Assembly (NCBI GenBank): GCA_038110565.1 | Contig: JAYNJX010000003.1 | Coordinates: 13,325 to 77,324 of the forward strand | Source of the DNA: Nitrosomonadales bacterium | GTDB lineage: Bacteria > Pseudomonadota > Gammaproteobacteria > Burkholderiales > Methylophilaceae | Length of the DNA stretch: 64,000 bases | Direction: 5' to 3' | Part shown: in pieces, positions 1-11,258 of the stretch | Numbering within the stretch: the first letter of the stretch is position 1 | Layout: every line of letters begins with the position of its first letter | Notes under the pieces: generated by a model | Database searches by the model: none | What the model was told of the DNA's origin: nothing | The model's input: the letters and a program-made list of their open reading frames with translations, nothing else | Position numbers and translations under genes: made by a program

Positions 1-1
1 C

Positions 2-2251
2 AGTTTACATATGGCATTTATGAATGCCAGACAACAACGACATGAATTAATTACTGTCGAACATCTCCTTTTAGCTCTTATCGATAATCCTTCTGCATCT
101 GAAGTTCTTAAAGCATGTGGGGTGAATTTTCAAAAGCTTAAAAATGAATTATTAGCTCATATAGAAGAGCATACCCCCATCGTGAATGGAGAAAGTGAAG
201 TTGATACTCAACCTACCCTTGGCTTTCAAAGGGTCATACAGAGAGCCATGCTGCATGTTCAGTCATCTGGAAAAAAAGAAGTAACTGGTGCAAATGTTTT
301 AGTAGCTATATACGGAGAAAAAGACTCGCATGCAGTTTACTTTTTACATCAACAAGGTGTGGCTAGATTAGATATTGTTAATTTCATCGCCCACGGAATA
401 TCGAAAGATACTGACTTAGAAAAAGAAGAAAAATCTATTGCAAACGAGGAAAGTAATTTAAATAAAGACGAAACAAAAAACATAGAAACCTATGCAATTA
501 ATTTAAATAAACTAGCTCTAAATAAAAAAATTGATCCCGTTATCGGAAGAGATGCAGAAATTGAAAGAGTCGTGCAGATACTATGTAGAAGAAGAAAAAA
601 TAACCCTCTACTTGTTGGTGATGCAGGAGTTGGTAAAACTGCAATTGCAGAAGGTATAGCAAAAAAAATAGTTGATAAAGATATTCCACAGGTTCTAGAA
701 AATAAAATTATTTACTCTTTGGATCTAGGTGCATTAATCGCGGGAACAAAATATAGAGGTGACTTTGAACAAAGGTTAAAAAATGTTCTCAAGCAACTCG
801 AAGAAAATGAAAATGCAATTATATTCATTGATGAGATACATACCATCATAGGTGCTGGCTCTGCAAGCGGGGGCACTCTAGATGCGTCAAATATCTTAAA
901 ACCGGCATTAAACAAAGGTCAATTAAAATGTATAGGTGCCACTACATATCAAGAATATAGAACTATATTTGAAAAAGATCATGCGTTATCAAGAAGATTT
1001 CAAAAGATAGACGTTACAGAGCCAGATATACAAACATCGATTGAAATACTGCGGGGTCTAAAAGAAAATTTTGAAAACTTTCATAATTTAAAATTTTCAG
1101 ATCAAGCTCTAGTGTCTGCTGTTGAACTATCAGCAAAATACATAAACGATCGACAACTACCAGATAAAGCAATTGATATAATTGATGAGGCCGGAGCCCT
1201 TCAGCGCATTAAACCAGAAAAAAAACAAAAACAAACTATTACGTCCAAAGAAATTGAAGAGGTTATTTCTAAGATTACTAAGATTCCAGCAAAAAATATT
1301 AATAAAGACGATAAAGATTTACTTAGAAATTTAGAAAGAAATTTAAAAGCTATCATTTTTGGACAAGATGAAGCAATCGAAAAACTTTCTACCGCAATCA
1401 AAATGTCTCGCAGTGGCCTGCTTGCTGATAATAAACCTATCGGAAGCTTTTTATTTAGTGGTCCAACAGGTGTAGGTAAGACAGAGGTTGCAAAACAATT
1501 AGCCTATACACTTGGAATTGAACTGATCAGGATTGATATGAGTGAATATATGGAAAGGCATTCTGTTTCAAAAATAATTGGAGCCCCTCCAGGCTATGTT
1601 GGTTTTGATCAAGGCGGTATCTTGACAGAATCAGTAAATAAAAATCCATACTCTATTTTATTATTAGACGAAATTGAAAAAGCTCATCCTGATGTCCAAA
1701 ATATTCTTCTTCAAGTAATGGATAACGGATTTCTAACTGACAGCAACGGTAGAAAAATAGATTTTAGAAATGTAACACTTATTATGACAACGAATGTCGG
1801 TGCTGAATCTCTATCTAAATCATCTTTTGGTTTTACTAACTCCAAAGAAAAAGGAGACGAGAAAATCGATATTCAAAAATCATTTAGTCCTGAATTTAGA
1901 AACAGGATTGATGCGATTGTATCTTTTGCTCCTCTAGAACATAAAGTAATTTTAAAGATTGTTGATAAATTTTTAATGCAGCTTGAGAATCAGTTACATG
2001 ATAAAAAAGTTGACGTTGAATTTACATCAAAAATAAAAGACTATCTTGCAAAAAATGGTTTTGATCAAAACCTCGGCGCTAGGCCCATGACAAGATTAAT
2101 TCAAGATACAATTCGCAAAGCATTAGCTGATGAACTACTTTTTGGTGCTCTTTCTAAAGGCGGAGAGGTTGAGATTGATATAGATGATAATGACAAAATA
2201 AAACTCAATATCAAGTCAAAACCTAAATCTAAAACCGTTAGCTCGGTTTAA
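2..2251 (+). CDS. clpA: ATP-dependent Clp protease ATP-binding subunit ClpA (5' end lies outside window)
   Basis: Two AAA modules ([16 protein letters not shown]), Clp N-domain ([13 protein letters not shown]), no ClpB coiled-coil insert. Frame is open to the window edge (S-L-H-M-A...). Confidence 0.96.
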   Translation, partial: SLHMAFMNARQQRHELITVEHLLLALIDNPSASEVLKACGVNFQKLKNELLAHIEEHTPIVNGESEVDTQPTLGFQRVIQRAMLHVQSSGKKEVTGANVLVAIYGEKDSHAVYFLHQQGVARLDIVNFIAHGISKDTDLEKEEKSIANEESNLNKDETKNIETYAINLNKLALNKKIDPVIGRDAEIERVVQILCRRRKNNPLLVGDAGVGKTAIAEGIAKKIVDKDIPQVLENKIIYSLDLGALIAGTKYRGDFEQRLKNVLKQLEENENAIIFIDEIHTIIGAGSASGGTLDASNILKPALNKGQLKCIGATTYQEYRTIFEKDHALSRRFQKIDVTEPDIQTSIEILRGLKENFENFHNLKFSDQALVSAVELSAKYINDRQLPDKAIDIIDEAGALQRIKPEKKQKQTITSKEIEEVISKITKIPAKNINKDDKDLLRNLERNLKAIIFGQDEAIEKLSTAIKMSRSGLLADNKPIGSFLFSGPTGVGKTEVAKQLAYTLGIELIRIDMSEYMERHSVSKIIGAPPGYVGFDQGGILTESVNKNPYSILLLDEIEKAHPDVQNILLQVMDNGFLTDSNGRKIDFRNVTLIMTTNVGAESLSKSSFGFTNSKEKGDEKIDIQKSFSPEFRNRIDAIVSFAPLEHKVILKIVDKFLMQLENQLHDKKVDVEFTSKIKDYLAKNGFDQNLGARPMTRLIQDTIRKALADELLFGALSKGGEVEIDIDDNDKIKLNIKSKPKSKTVSSV

Positions 2252-2861
2252 TCATTATTGCTTTATAGCATTCAGTTTCTATAATTACCTGGTACCATCG
2301 TTGAATATTTAAGAGACTCAATTCTGAAAATTTTTTTGGGTCGACAAGTATTAACTGCCTAATAAATGGAAATATAGCGATATCCGCTGCGGAAATATTT
2401 TTTCCAAACATAAATTTATTTAAATTTAGAAGGTTTTCGATTTTATCTAAAAAATTTTTGCACATTAACAGATAATTCATTTTTTTATTTAAATTTAATT
2501 CGTACTTATAGGCATCTAGATTTTTTTTAAAACTTGTATCATTTTCGTTTATCAATTGATTTATTTCTTCTTTAAATGCTTCTGGAAAATATTTTTCAGT
2601 GCTATTAGTTTGATTAAAAACCCATAGCATAATTTCAAGACTTTCATCAATAACATTACCATTTTTAAGCACCAAGACCGGAACTGTAGCTTTTGCGCTT
2701 AACCTAAAAAGATCATTTGGTTTATCCTTCAGTGATATTTCCATCAAACTAAATTTTATTGATTCTAAAACAAGGGCAAATCTTGCCCGTATCGCATAAG
2801 GACACCTACGATATGAAAACAAAAAGTTTTCGTTAGCTTGAAATCCTTTTGTGTATATCAT
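2238..2861 (-). CDS. Glutathione S-transferase family protein
   Basis: N-terminal SYRRCPYAIRAR, TVPVL and DESLEI motifs; C-terminal ADIAIFPFIRQ. Exact start uncertain. Confidence 0.85.
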   Translation of the reverse strand: MIYTKGFQANENFLFSYRRCPYAIRARFALVLESIKFSLMEISLKDKPNDLFRLSAKATVPVLVLKNGNVIDESLEIMLWVFNQTNSTEKYFPEAFKEEINQLINENDTSFKKNLDAYKYELNLNKKMNYLLMCKNFLDKIENLLNLNKFMFGKNISAADIAIFPFIRQLILVDPKKFSELSLLNIQRWYQVIIETECYKAIMIKPS

Positions 2862-3849
2862 GAATCAGTTTTGGACCAGAGTATATAAAGCCTGTATATA
2901 TTTGAATCAGATCAGCACCTAATTTCAATCTTTTTTCTGCATCGTCGGGGCACATTATTCCACCTACACTGATTAGAAATAATTTATTCTTAGATATTAA
3001 TTTACACTTCTTTAAAAGCGCCTCAGATTTTTTTTTAAGAGGTTCACCTGAAACACCGCCGGGATAATCCTGATATTTAATATCAATTTCATCTTTATCT
3101 ACTGTAGTATTAGTTAATATTAAGCCATCAATATTAAATCGAATTGCTTCCTTTATTAAACTTTTTAGGTTTTCATCGGATATATCTGGAGAAATTTTTA
3201 AAAATATGGGAATAATTATTTTCTTTATTTTTAAAAGTCTCGTTCTCTCTAAATCAATTTTTTTTAAAAATTTTACTAAATTTTGTGAAGTGTGTAGGTC
3301 CCTTAAATTTTTGGTATTAGGAGAAGATATGTTGATTGTAAAATAATCAGCATATTTATATGTTTTTTTCATAACTTTTAAATAATCATCAACTGCATTT
3401 TTTAATGGGGTGAAGTAGTTCTTACCAATATTTATGCCTAGCGTAACTCCCCTATTAGATTTTTTTATATTTTCTATAAATTTTTTTATACCGACATTAT
3501 TAAATCCAAATGAATTTAATAAGGCTTTATTCTTAACATCTCTAAATAATCTAGGCTTTATATTTCCTGGTTGTGATTTTGGTGTCACCGTACCTACTTC
3601 CAAGAAACCAAATCCTAATTTAGAAAAAACATTAATATACTCTGCATTCTTATCTAGCCCTGCAGCAAGGCCTATTTTATTTTTAAAAATTACAGATTGT
3701 ATTCTTTTCTTATTTACATCCTCATATGAACGCTGTCTAATTAAACCAATACGTTCAAAAATGCTTAACATCATAAGTGCGATTGAGTGACTGGATTCAG
3801 CAGGTATTAAAAATAGTAAATTTCTGATTAATGGATATATTTTATTCAT
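2833..3849 (-). CDS. pyrD: Quinone-dependent dihydroorotate dehydrogenase (class 2)
   Basis: GLAAGLDKN, EVGTVTP, NISSPNT, GGVSG motifs. Confidence 0.96.
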   Translation of the reverse strand: MNKIYPLIRNLLFLIPAESSHSIALMMLSIFERIGLIRQRSYEDVNKKRIQSVIFKNKIGLAAGLDKNAEYINVFSKLGFGFLEVGTVTPKSQPGNIKPRLFRDVKNKALLNSFGFNNVGIKKFIENIKKSNRGVTLGINIGKNYFTPLKNAVDDYLKVMKKTYKYADYFTINISSPNTKNLRDLHTSQNLVKFLKKIDLERTRLLKIKKIIIPIFLKISPDISDENLKSLIKEAIRFNIDGLILTNTTVDKDEIDIKYQDYPGGVSGEPLKKKSEALLKKCKLISKNKLFLISVGGIMCPDDAEKRLKLGADLIQIYTGFIYSGPKLIHDIHKRISS

Positions 3850-3851
3850 CT

Positions 3852-4616
3852 TTAAATAGTATCTTTAATATTTACCCATGAATATACTTTATCTTGTTCA
3901 ATATAATCAAATTCAAATGAGTTTTTTATACCAAATTCTTCCAATTCATATTCTATCCGCTCTTTAGAATTATTATTCTTACTCATATGGCAAAAAATTA
4001 CTTTTGTAGCTTCCTGATCTTTTAAATGGCATAAAAAATCACATGTTTGCTTATTACTTAAATGACCATAGTTACTGAGTATTCTAGTTTTTAAAACTTG
4101 AGGATAACCTGACTCTTGTAACATTTTTTCATCATGATTAGCCTCAATAACCAAAAAATCAAGTTCTGCATACTTTTTAATAATTTCATTAGATATTTTT
4201 CCAGTATCAGTAAGGATACCTATACTCTGAAGCTTATCAGTAACAACAAACTGACATGATTCATTTGCATCATGCGATGTAAAGACCGGGGTAATATATA
4301 GATCACAAATACTAAATTCACTATTTGTTATTAAGATTATATCTTCATCTCCTCTAAATTTTTTTGCTGTACCATATGAACAGTAAATTGGAATATTATG
4401 AGTTTTTGATAGCTTAGAAGCAGATCTGATATGATCTTCATGCTCATGAGAAATTAACATTGCAGTAATTTCCTCTGGCTTTACTGATATCTTTTCTAAC
4501 CGGGAATATGTCTCTTTTTGATTGAATCCTGAATCTATCATCAGAATTGTTTTGTCTTTCTTGATCAGGAAAGAATTTCCTTCGCTTCCGCTTCCAAGCG
4601 AGGCAAATGAAATCAT
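3852..4616 (-). CDS. Metallo-beta-lactamase-fold hydrolase (YycJ/WalJ-like)
   Basis: SLGSGSEGN start, HEHEDH metal motif, EANHD, GHLSN; usual position downstream of bamC in betaproteobacteria. Confidence 0.85.
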   Translation of the reverse strand: MISFASLGSGSEGNSFLIKKDKTILMIDSGFNQKETYSRLEKISVKPEEITAMLISHEHEDHIRSASKLSKTHNIPIYCSYGTAKKFRGDEDIILITNSEFSICDLYITPVFTSHDANESCQFVVTDKLQSIGILTDTGKISNEIIKKYAELDFLVIEANHDEKMLQESGYPQVLKTRILSNYGHLSNKQTCDFLCHLKDQEATKVIFCHMSKNNNSKERIEYELEEFGIKNSFEFDYIEQDKVYSWVNIKDTI

Positions 4617-5989
4617 TTTAAATATTCATAAATTATATTAACGACTGACTGAGCTGTTTTCGTTTTATTAATTGTCTCATCAGGGTAATCAATAAATACT
4701 TTTGAGCCCTCTGCGTTTTCTAACAATCTGACGCGATATCTTTTTTCATCCTTACTAATACCCTCTTCATGATCATCTCCCCAGTTGCTTAAGAAAGGTA
4801 ATTTTTCTTCCCAAGTTTTTTCAGACCAAGATTTTTCTTTTTTTACTAGCTTATCTGATCCCTCTTCACCCTGAAGCTCTTTTTTATATTTTTCCTGACC
4901 TTCGGCGTCATCAGATTTTTTTTCTTCATCATCATTCCAGAATGCGAGCTTATCAATTATCCCTTTTTTATTTTTTTTCTTTTGGGAATTTTCATCTATT
5001 TCCAAATTGCTATATTTAATATAAAAAATTCCTTTTGATCTGTTCTTATCAACAACCTCAAATCCAACCATATCAATTGCCAAAGAAAGTTTTCTCCAAG
5101 ACCTTTGGTAAGAATCAAGCAACTGAATATATTTATAACCTTCGCCATCCAACAACTCAGCTTTTTTTATTTCTTTAGCCTCATCTAATTTACCCTTTGC
5201 AGCAAGATCTGAGGTCCCCAACTTAACCATTAATCTTCTGAGTAATTCATAATTAATCTCTAAATCATCTTCTTTAAAATTACTAATTTGGTCTGTTTTC
5301 TTTTTGAGATCAGCGTCATCTGCTTTGTATTCTTGAATTTGATAAACGGTGTCAGGATTAACGCTTCCTTCATAATGTTTTTTCTTTCTCTCTTGATGGT
5401 CTTCAAGTCCTTTAAGTAAACTGCGTTGAGATAGATACACCTCAACCGTTCCCTCATCTGAGCCTTTTTCAATTCGAGTTCTAAATTTTCTCTTGGTTGA
5501 AGTATTGGCTAGTGCATCTAACCAAGCGTCAAAGCCTTCCAGGCCTCCTTTATCTTTATTTATTTCGGCTTCAGATAGCCATTCAGTTTCAAGAATTCCC
5601 GTTATTTTTGAGTCTTTTGCAATTCTAAAACCCATGTCTTCCCAAAAGCTTTCAACAGAGCTCCATACGGCCTCATAATCACCATTAATAACTAACCAGC
5701 GCATATTACCTGATTTAACAACTCGAATCTGATTTTCATTTTTTATTAATTTCTCAGTTCCAGCTTGTTGTTTTTCAAAATCTTTATATGAGGTTGGTCT
5801 ACCCTCAATTTGGTAAGTATTGTTAGTCGATACTTCACTGAGATCCGGTGGGACTTCTAATTTTTTGGCTTTTTTTGAGCTAACATAGTCTGGCTGAGTT
5901 ACCTTATCAATAATTGGAAGATCTTCAACACTCGAACATGCAGTAAAAAAAATAAATACTAGGAATAAAGAAATAAATCTAGTAATCAT
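4613..5989 (-). CDS. bamC: Outer membrane assembly lipoprotein BamC (NlpB/DapX), extended
   Basis: Lipobox FTAC, LEVPPDL motif, GILETEW, directly downstream of dapA. Confidence 0.85.
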   Translation of the reverse strand: MITRFISLFLVFIFFTACSSVEDLPIIDKVTQPDYVSSKKAKKLEVPPDLSEVSTNNTYQIEGRPTSYKDFEKQQAGTEKLIKNENQIRVVKSGNMRWLVINGDYEAVWSSVESFWEDMGFRIAKDSKITGILETEWLSEAEINKDKGGLEGFDAWLDALANTSTKRKFRTRIEKGSDEGTVEVYLSQRSLLKGLEDHQERKKKHYEGSVNPDTVYQIQEYKADDADLKKKTDQISNFKEDDLEINYELLRRLMVKLGTSDLAAKGKLDEAKEIKKAELLDGEGYKYIQLLDSYQRSWRKLSLAIDMVGFEVVDKNRSKGIFYIKYSNLEIDENSQKKKNKKGIIDKLAFWNDDEEKKSDDAEGQEKYKKELQGEEGSDKLVKKEKSWSEKTWEEKLPFLSNWGDDHEEGISKDEKRYRVRLLENAEGSKVFIDYPDETINKTKTAQSVVNIIYEYLK

Positions 5990-6843
5990 AAGTAGCCTTC
6001 GAATAGAGAATGATATTTTTTTGCCAATTCAACCAATGGAAGTCTTATACCATTCTTAATTAAGCCTTTCTTGTTAAGAACCCATTTAACAGGAATAGGA
6101 TTTGCTTCAACAAATAAATTTTTATGTAGATGTTGAACTTCTCTATCAATTTTATCTGCTTCTTCAAATTTTTGATTAGCAATATGCATGCACATTTGAT
6201 GCATTTTAAGAGGTTCCAAATTCGCAGTTACAGAAATAATACCATGTCCGCCTAACTTTAAAAATTCACATGACGTAAGGTCATCACCACTATAAAGAAG
6301 GAAATCTTTATCAACTTTATCAATAATATTTTTTAATCGATTAATATCACCAGTAGCATCTTTGATCCCTACTATATTTTTTAAGCGTGAAAGTTCGAGT
6401 ATTGTCTCGTCTGTCAAATCAACAACCGTTCTGGATGGCACGTTATATAAAATTTGTGGAATATCAACCGAATCATTGATCATTTTAAAGTGCTGATAGA
6501 GTCCTTCCTGTGGAGGTTTGTTATAGTAAGGCACAACAATAAGTGCCGCATCTGCGCCTACTATTTTTGCTTCTTTGGTCAAGTAAATGGCTTCTGCTGT
6601 TGAATTAGCTCCCGTTCCAGCAATAACTGGTATTTTTTTATTTACATACTCAACCGTAAATTTTACAAGTTGAATATGTTCTTCAAATGTCAAAGTGGGT
6701 GATTCACCCGAAGTGCCGACGATGACAATAGCGTCGGATTTATTAACAATATGAAAATCAATTAGATTTTTTAAAGAATCAAAATCGAGTGAACCATCTG
6801 GGTTCATTGGGCTCACAATTGCAACAGCACTGCCTTTAAACAT
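5986..6843 (-). CDS. dapA: 4-hydroxy-tetrahydrodipicolinate synthase
   Basis: GTSGES, PYYNKP, LYNVPSRT, GIKDATG (Schiff-base Lys). Confidence 0.97.
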   Translation of the reverse strand: MFKGSAVAIVSPMNPDGSLDFDSLKNLIDFHIVNKSDAIVIVGTSGESPTLTFEEHIQLVKFTVEYVNKKIPVIAGTGANSTAEAIYLTKEAKIVGADAALIVVPYYNKPPQEGLYQHFKMINDSVDIPQILYNVPSRTVVDLTDETILELSRLKNIVGIKDATGDINRLKNIIDKVDKDFLLYSGDDLTSCEFLKLGGHGIISVTANLEPLKMHQMCMHIANQKFEEADKIDREVQHLHKNLFVEANPIPVKWVLNKKGLIKNGIRLPLVELAKKYHSLFEGYL

Positions 6844-7021
6844 TGTATTTTGTAAATTATTTTAAAGTTGCATTTTACAATGAATGCTTTTGTTTATGGT
6901 GAAAATTCTAACCTTAAATATAACTAAATATTATTTAATAATTATTTTTTATTCTTTTAGATTATATAAAAAAAGGGTATATTTTCCATGTTTAAGCTCA
7001 AGTTCAATATAATTTAATTAC

Positions 7022-7603
7022 ATGAAAGAATATTTAGTTTTACTAATCGGAATTGTTTTTGTTAACAATATTGTACTAACCAAGATTTTAGGTCTATGTC
7101 CATTTATGGGAGTTTCAAAAAAACTTGAAACATCGGTAAGTATGTCTGCTGCCACTGCATTTGTCCTCACGCTAGGTTCCATCTCAAGTTGGCTTATCTA
7201 TCATTATTTATTAGAACCTTTTCATCTTGAATATCTAAGAACTATCATGTTTATTATTGTTATCGCCGCCATTGTCCAATTCACAGAATTAGTGATGGAA
7301 AAGAATTTTCCTTTTCTCTATAGAGTGTTAGGAATTTTTCTTCCCTTAATTACTACTAACTGTGCTGTATTAGGTATTCCATTACTAAATGTTCAAATGA
7401 ACCACAATCTTTTTGGCGCTGCTATATTTGGACTTGGTGGTGGCTTAGGATTTTCTTTGGTTCTAATATTATTTGCATCATTAAGAGAAAAACTTGAGGG
7501 AGCTGACACCCCCCTAGCTTTTCAAGGAACTGCAATTGCACTAATTACAGCAGGTTTGATGAGTCTCAGTTTTATGGCGTTTATCGGTTTAGATAATTTA
7601 TGA
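7022..7603 (+). CDS. rsxA: Rnf/Rsx electron transport complex subunit A
   Basis: [24 protein letters not shown]; first gene of the operon. Confidence 0.96.
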   Translation: MKEYLVLLIGIVFVNNIVLTKILGLCPFMGVSKKLETSVSMSAATAFVLTLGSISSWLIYHYLLEPFHLEYLRTIMFIIVIAAIVQFTELVMEKNFPFLYRVLGIFLPLITTNCAVLGIPLLNVQMNHNLFGAAIFGLGGGLGFSLVLILFASLREKLEGADTPLAFQGTAIALITAGLMSLSFMAFIGLDNL

Positions 7604-8151
7604 TTTTAACTGTAATGATTATTGTTGGGATTTGCTTTGTAATTGGTGTTTTTTTAGGTTTTGCATCAATAAAGTTTAAAACTCAGTCTGATCCAATTGT
7701 TGAGAAAATAGACAAGATTCTTCCTCAAACACAATGCGGACAATGTGGTTACCCGGGTTGTAAGCCTTATGCTCAAGCTATTGCTGATGGTTCAGCAGAC
7801 ATCAATCAATGTCCACCAGGGGGGGATGATGGAATACATAAACTTGCTGACTTAATGGGGGTCGATTACAAACCCTTAAATGATGAACATGGAATAACCA
7901 AAGAAAAAGCTGTAGCTATTATTGATGAAGATACATGTATTGGATGCACCTTATGTATTCAAGCTTGTCCAGTAGATGCTATTTTAGGTGCTGCAAAACA
8001 AATGCACACTGTAATTGAGAAAGAATGTACTGGTTGTGAGCTATGTCTTCCGCCTTGCCCTGTCGATTGTATTATCATGGAACCAGTTGGGGAAACTGCT
8101 GAATCTTGGAAATGGAAATATCCAGTCACTTCAATTAAGCAGGTAAGGTGA
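7600..8151 (+). CDS. rsxB: Rnf/Rsx subunit B (Fe-S)
   Basis: [14 protein letters not shown] plus two CxxCxxCxxxCP ferredoxin motifs. Confidence 0.96.
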   Translation: MILTVMIIVGICFVIGVFLGFASIKFKTQSDPIVEKIDKILPQTQCGQCGYPGCKPYAQAIADGSADINQCPPGGDDGIHKLADLMGVDYKPLNDEHGITKEKAVAIIDEDTCIGCTLCIQACPVDAILGAAKQMHTVIEKECTGCELCLPPCPVDCIIMEPVGETAESWKWKYPVTSIKQVR

Positions 8152-8154
8152 TTA

Positions 8155-9651
8155 ATGAATATATTCAATAAATTAAGTTTTCATGGCGGGATAAAGCCTC
8201 AGGGTAATAAAAATATATCTACAAAGAATCCAATAAAAAAGATATTCATTCCAGACATGTTGATTTTGCCACTCAGACAGAGTGTTGGAAAAGCACCCAA
8301 GCTGATAGTTAGCGAAGGGGACTATGTTCTCAAAGGTCAGCAGTTAGCTAAACCCTCAAGTAATTTATCTGTCGGTATCCATGCACCAACTTCTGGTTAT
8401 ATCAAAAGAATAGCAATGCACCCAGTTCCTCATCCATCAATGCTGAATGAAGAATGTATTTTTTTAGAACCAGACCATAAAGATCAATGGATTAAGAAGA
8501 AAGTCATTGATTACAAAAATCTTAAATTAGAGGAAGTCCTTGAACAACTGAGGCAAAATGGACTTGTGGGGATGGGTGGGGCCACATTTCCAACTCATAT
8601 TAAAGCAAGTTCCAAGATAGAAACTTTAATTGTTAACGCCGCGGAGTGTGAACCATTTATTACTTGTGATGATATGGCTCTTAGAGAAAAAACAGAAGAG
8701 TTTCTTACAGGGGTCGATATAGCGATGCATATTCTTGGGGCTAAAAAAGCAATCATAGGAATTGAAGACAATAAACAAGAAGCAATTACTGAACTTCAAA
8801 AGAAAAATCAAAACTCAAAAATTGAAATTAAAATTATTCCTACAGTCTACCCAAGCGGGGATGAAAAAAGACTTTTATTTTTAGTTTCGGGTTTAAAAAT
8901 TAAAAAAATGGATCGTCCTTCGAACCATGGTTTCCAGATATTTAATGTGGGTACCTTAATATCAATAGCTAGATTATTTATCCATGGGGAACCAGTCATT
9001 AGCAGAGTTGTAACGTTTACTGGCAACTTAAAACAGCCTAACAACTTTGAGGCTTTGATTGGAACGCCGATCAAGTATTTTCTAAATGATTGTGGAATAA
9101 AAGAAGGTGACCATCAAATAATTATGGGTGGCCCTATGATGGGCTTTGAATTACAAAATAGTGAAATTACAGTCACCAAATCAATGAATTGTGTGCTGAT
9201 CAAAAGGAATGAGACTCAAAGCAAAGATACTTCTATCATGCCTTGTATTCGATGCTCAAGATGTGTTGAAGTGTGTCCTGCTGAATTACAACCGCAAGAA
9301 CTTTACTGGTTTTCTAAATCAAAGCAATTTGAAAAAACCTTAGATTATAAATTGTTTGATTGTATTGAATGTGGCTGCTGCTCCTATGTTTGTCCAAGCA
9401 ATATCCCCTTAGTAAGCTATTATAGATATGCAAAAAGTGAAATACGCTCAGAGGAAATTTCCGGAGAACGCGCAGATATAGCGAGAGACAGAAATGAATT
9501 CAGGCTTTTTAGGTTAGATAGAGAAAAAACCGAAAGAGCCGAAAGAAACGCACAACGAAGGGCTCAAATTCCAGATGCGGAGAAAAAAAAATTAATTGAA
9601 GAAAAGAAAGCTGCAATTGATATGGCTTTAAAAGATAAAGAGGAAATATGA
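8155..9651 (+). CDS. rsxC: Rnf/Rsx subunit C
   Basis: HAPTSG, GMGGATFPT, NAAECEP, GGPMMG, two 4Fe-4S motifs. Confidence 0.96.
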   Translation: MNIFNKLSFHGGIKPQGNKNISTKNPIKKIFIPDMLILPLRQSVGKAPKLIVSEGDYVLKGQQLAKPSSNLSVGIHAPTSGYIKRIAMHPVPHPSMLNEECIFLEPDHKDQWIKKKVIDYKNLKLEEVLEQLRQNGLVGMGGATFPTHIKASSKIETLIVNAAECEPFITCDDMALREKTEEFLTGVDIAMHILGAKKAIIGIEDNKQEAITELQKKNQNSKIEIKIIPTVYPSGDEKRLLFLVSGLKIKKMDRPSNHGFQIFNVGTLISIARLFIHGEPVISRVVTFTGNLKQPNNFEALIGTPIKYFLNDCGIKEGDHQIIMGGPMMGFELQNSEITVTKSMNCVLIKRNETQSKDTSIMPCIRCSRCVEVCPAELQPQELYWFSKSKQFEKTLDYKLFDCIECGCCSYVCPSNIPLVSYYRYAKSEIRSEEISGERADIARDRNEFRLFRLDREKTERAERNAQRRAQIPDAEKKKLIEEKKAAIDMALKDKEEI

Positions 9652-10649
9652 TTTCATCCCCAATAATTAAAGAATCTGACTCAGTTAGCTTTGTCATGAG
9701 TCATGTTTTTTTTGCTTTAATACCCAGCTTATTAATTTATATTTATTTTTTTGGTTATGGAATTTTAGGTAACTTAATTTTTGGGGTTACGCTTGGAGTT
9801 TTATTTGAATACCTTTGTCTAAAACTAAGAAATATCTCTGCAAAGCCTTTCTTATTAGATGGTTCAACTATTGTAACTTGTTGGCTTTTAATAATATCAA
9901 TTCCTTCAGGATCACCATGGTGGATTATTCTTATTGGGGTATTTAGTGCTATCGTTATAGCAAAACATATATATGGAGGATTAGGATCTAATATTTTCAA
10001 TCCAGCCATGATTGGATATGCGATTTTGCTCATTTCTTTCCCAGCAATGATGACAAATTGGGAAGTATCCAATAGTCTGGGTTTAAATAATTTTCTAAAC
10101 CTCAAAAACCTCTTCAATCTTTTTCATGTACAATTAATTTCTAATATAGATGCAGTCTCTAGCGCGACTCCTCTGGATAACATTAAGACATACCTCTTTT
10201 TAAATGCAGATAATTTAAACCCAAATAATTTTCCTAATTACGAAATATTTAACCCCAGGAGTATCATTAATATTTCTTACTTTGCAGGCGGCTTATATCT
10301 GCTTCATAAAAAAATTATTAGCTGGCATCTCCCTATCACACTAATAATTACAGTTATTTTATTTTCATCATTCATGAGTCTGATAGATGCAAATAAATTT
10401 ATGGGTCCAATTCACCACTTGCTTAATGGCGCTGTAATCTTAGGTGCTTTTTTTATTTTAACTGACCCTGTAACAAGCCCAACTACTAAAAGAGGAAAAA
10501 TTATATTCGCTATACTCATTGGAATCATCACCTTAACTATTAGAAATTTTGGTGGTTATCCAGATGGTATTGCATTTGCTGTGATTTTTATGAATATCTG
10601 GGTACCCCTTATTGAAAAATTTACACAACCTAAAGTGTTTGGTTACTAA
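9648..10649 (+). CDS. rsxD: Rnf/Rsx subunit D
   Basis: GGLGSNIFNPA, FMN site SSATPL, TDPVTSP, GYPDG. Confidence 0.95.
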   Translation: MISSPIIKESDSVSFVMSHVFFALIPSLLIYIYFFGYGILGNLIFGVTLGVLFEYLCLKLRNISAKPFLLDGSTIVTCWLLIISIPSGSPWWIILIGVFSAIVIAKHIYGGLGSNIFNPAMIGYAILLISFPAMMTNWEVSNSLGLNNFLNLKNLFNLFHVQLISNIDAVSSATPLDNIKTYLFLNADNLNPNNFPNYEIFNPRSIINISYFAGGLYLLHKKIISWHLPITLIITVILFSSFMSLIDANKFMGPIHHLLNGAVILGAFFILTDPVTSPTTKRGKIIFAILIGIITLTIRNFGGYPDGIAFAVIFMNIWVPLIEKFTQPKVFGY

Positions 10650-10652
10650 CTA

Positions 10653-11258
10653 ATGATTAAGACTATCGTTAAAAGCTCTTTTTTAATTACTTTTATTGGA
10701 ATCTTATTTGGAATTCTATTAAACCTTACCTTTACCTTTACCACACCCCAGATCGAAAAAAATATAAAAGATGCAAAGATGAATTTATTAAATGAGTCCG
10801 TTGGAAACTTAAAATATGAAAACAATCTTCTTAACGACAAAATTATTCTAGGTCCCAACGAGTTGCTTGGAAACAATACCAATACCGACGCATATATTGC
10901 CAGAGATATTAATGGGACAATGGTTGCTGTTGTAATTGAGGCAACAGCTCATGACGGTTATGGGGGAGATATAAATTTAATTACTGGTATTAATAAAGAT
11001 GGCAATATCCTAGGGGTCAGAATAATAAACCACTCAGAAACTCCCGGTCTAGGTGATTATATTGAAAAAAAGAAATCTAACTGGATTGATAATTTTATTG
11101 GATTAAATCTTTCTGGAGATTCATCAATATGGAAAACAAAAAAAGATATGGGTCAGTTTGATTTCCGTGCTGGAGCAACGATTACTCCACGAGCAGTTAT
11201 TAAAGCGGTAAAAAAGACGCTAGAATACTTTAAAGAGAATCAGGATAAATTTAAATGA
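10653..11258 (+). CDS. rsxG: Rnf/Rsx subunit G
   Basis: DGYGG, ETPGLG, FMN-Thr motif AGATIT. Confidence 0.95.
   Translation: MIKTIVKSSFLITFIGILFGILLNLTFTFTTPQIEKNIKDAKMNLLNESVGNLKYENNLLNDKIILGPNELLGNNTNTDAYIARDINGTMVAVVIEATAHDGYGGDINLITGINKDGNILGVRIINHSETPGLGDYIEKKKSNWIDNFIGLNLSGDSSIWKTKKDMGQFDFRAGATITPRAVIKAVKKTLEYFKENQDKFK

Noticed and set aside
6841-6882. TTGTA/TACAA half-sites upstream of dapA resembling the argA operator
   Set aside because: The spacing does not match N5, and the region is very AT-rich and includes a probable -10 (TAAAAT). Not supportable as the same operator.
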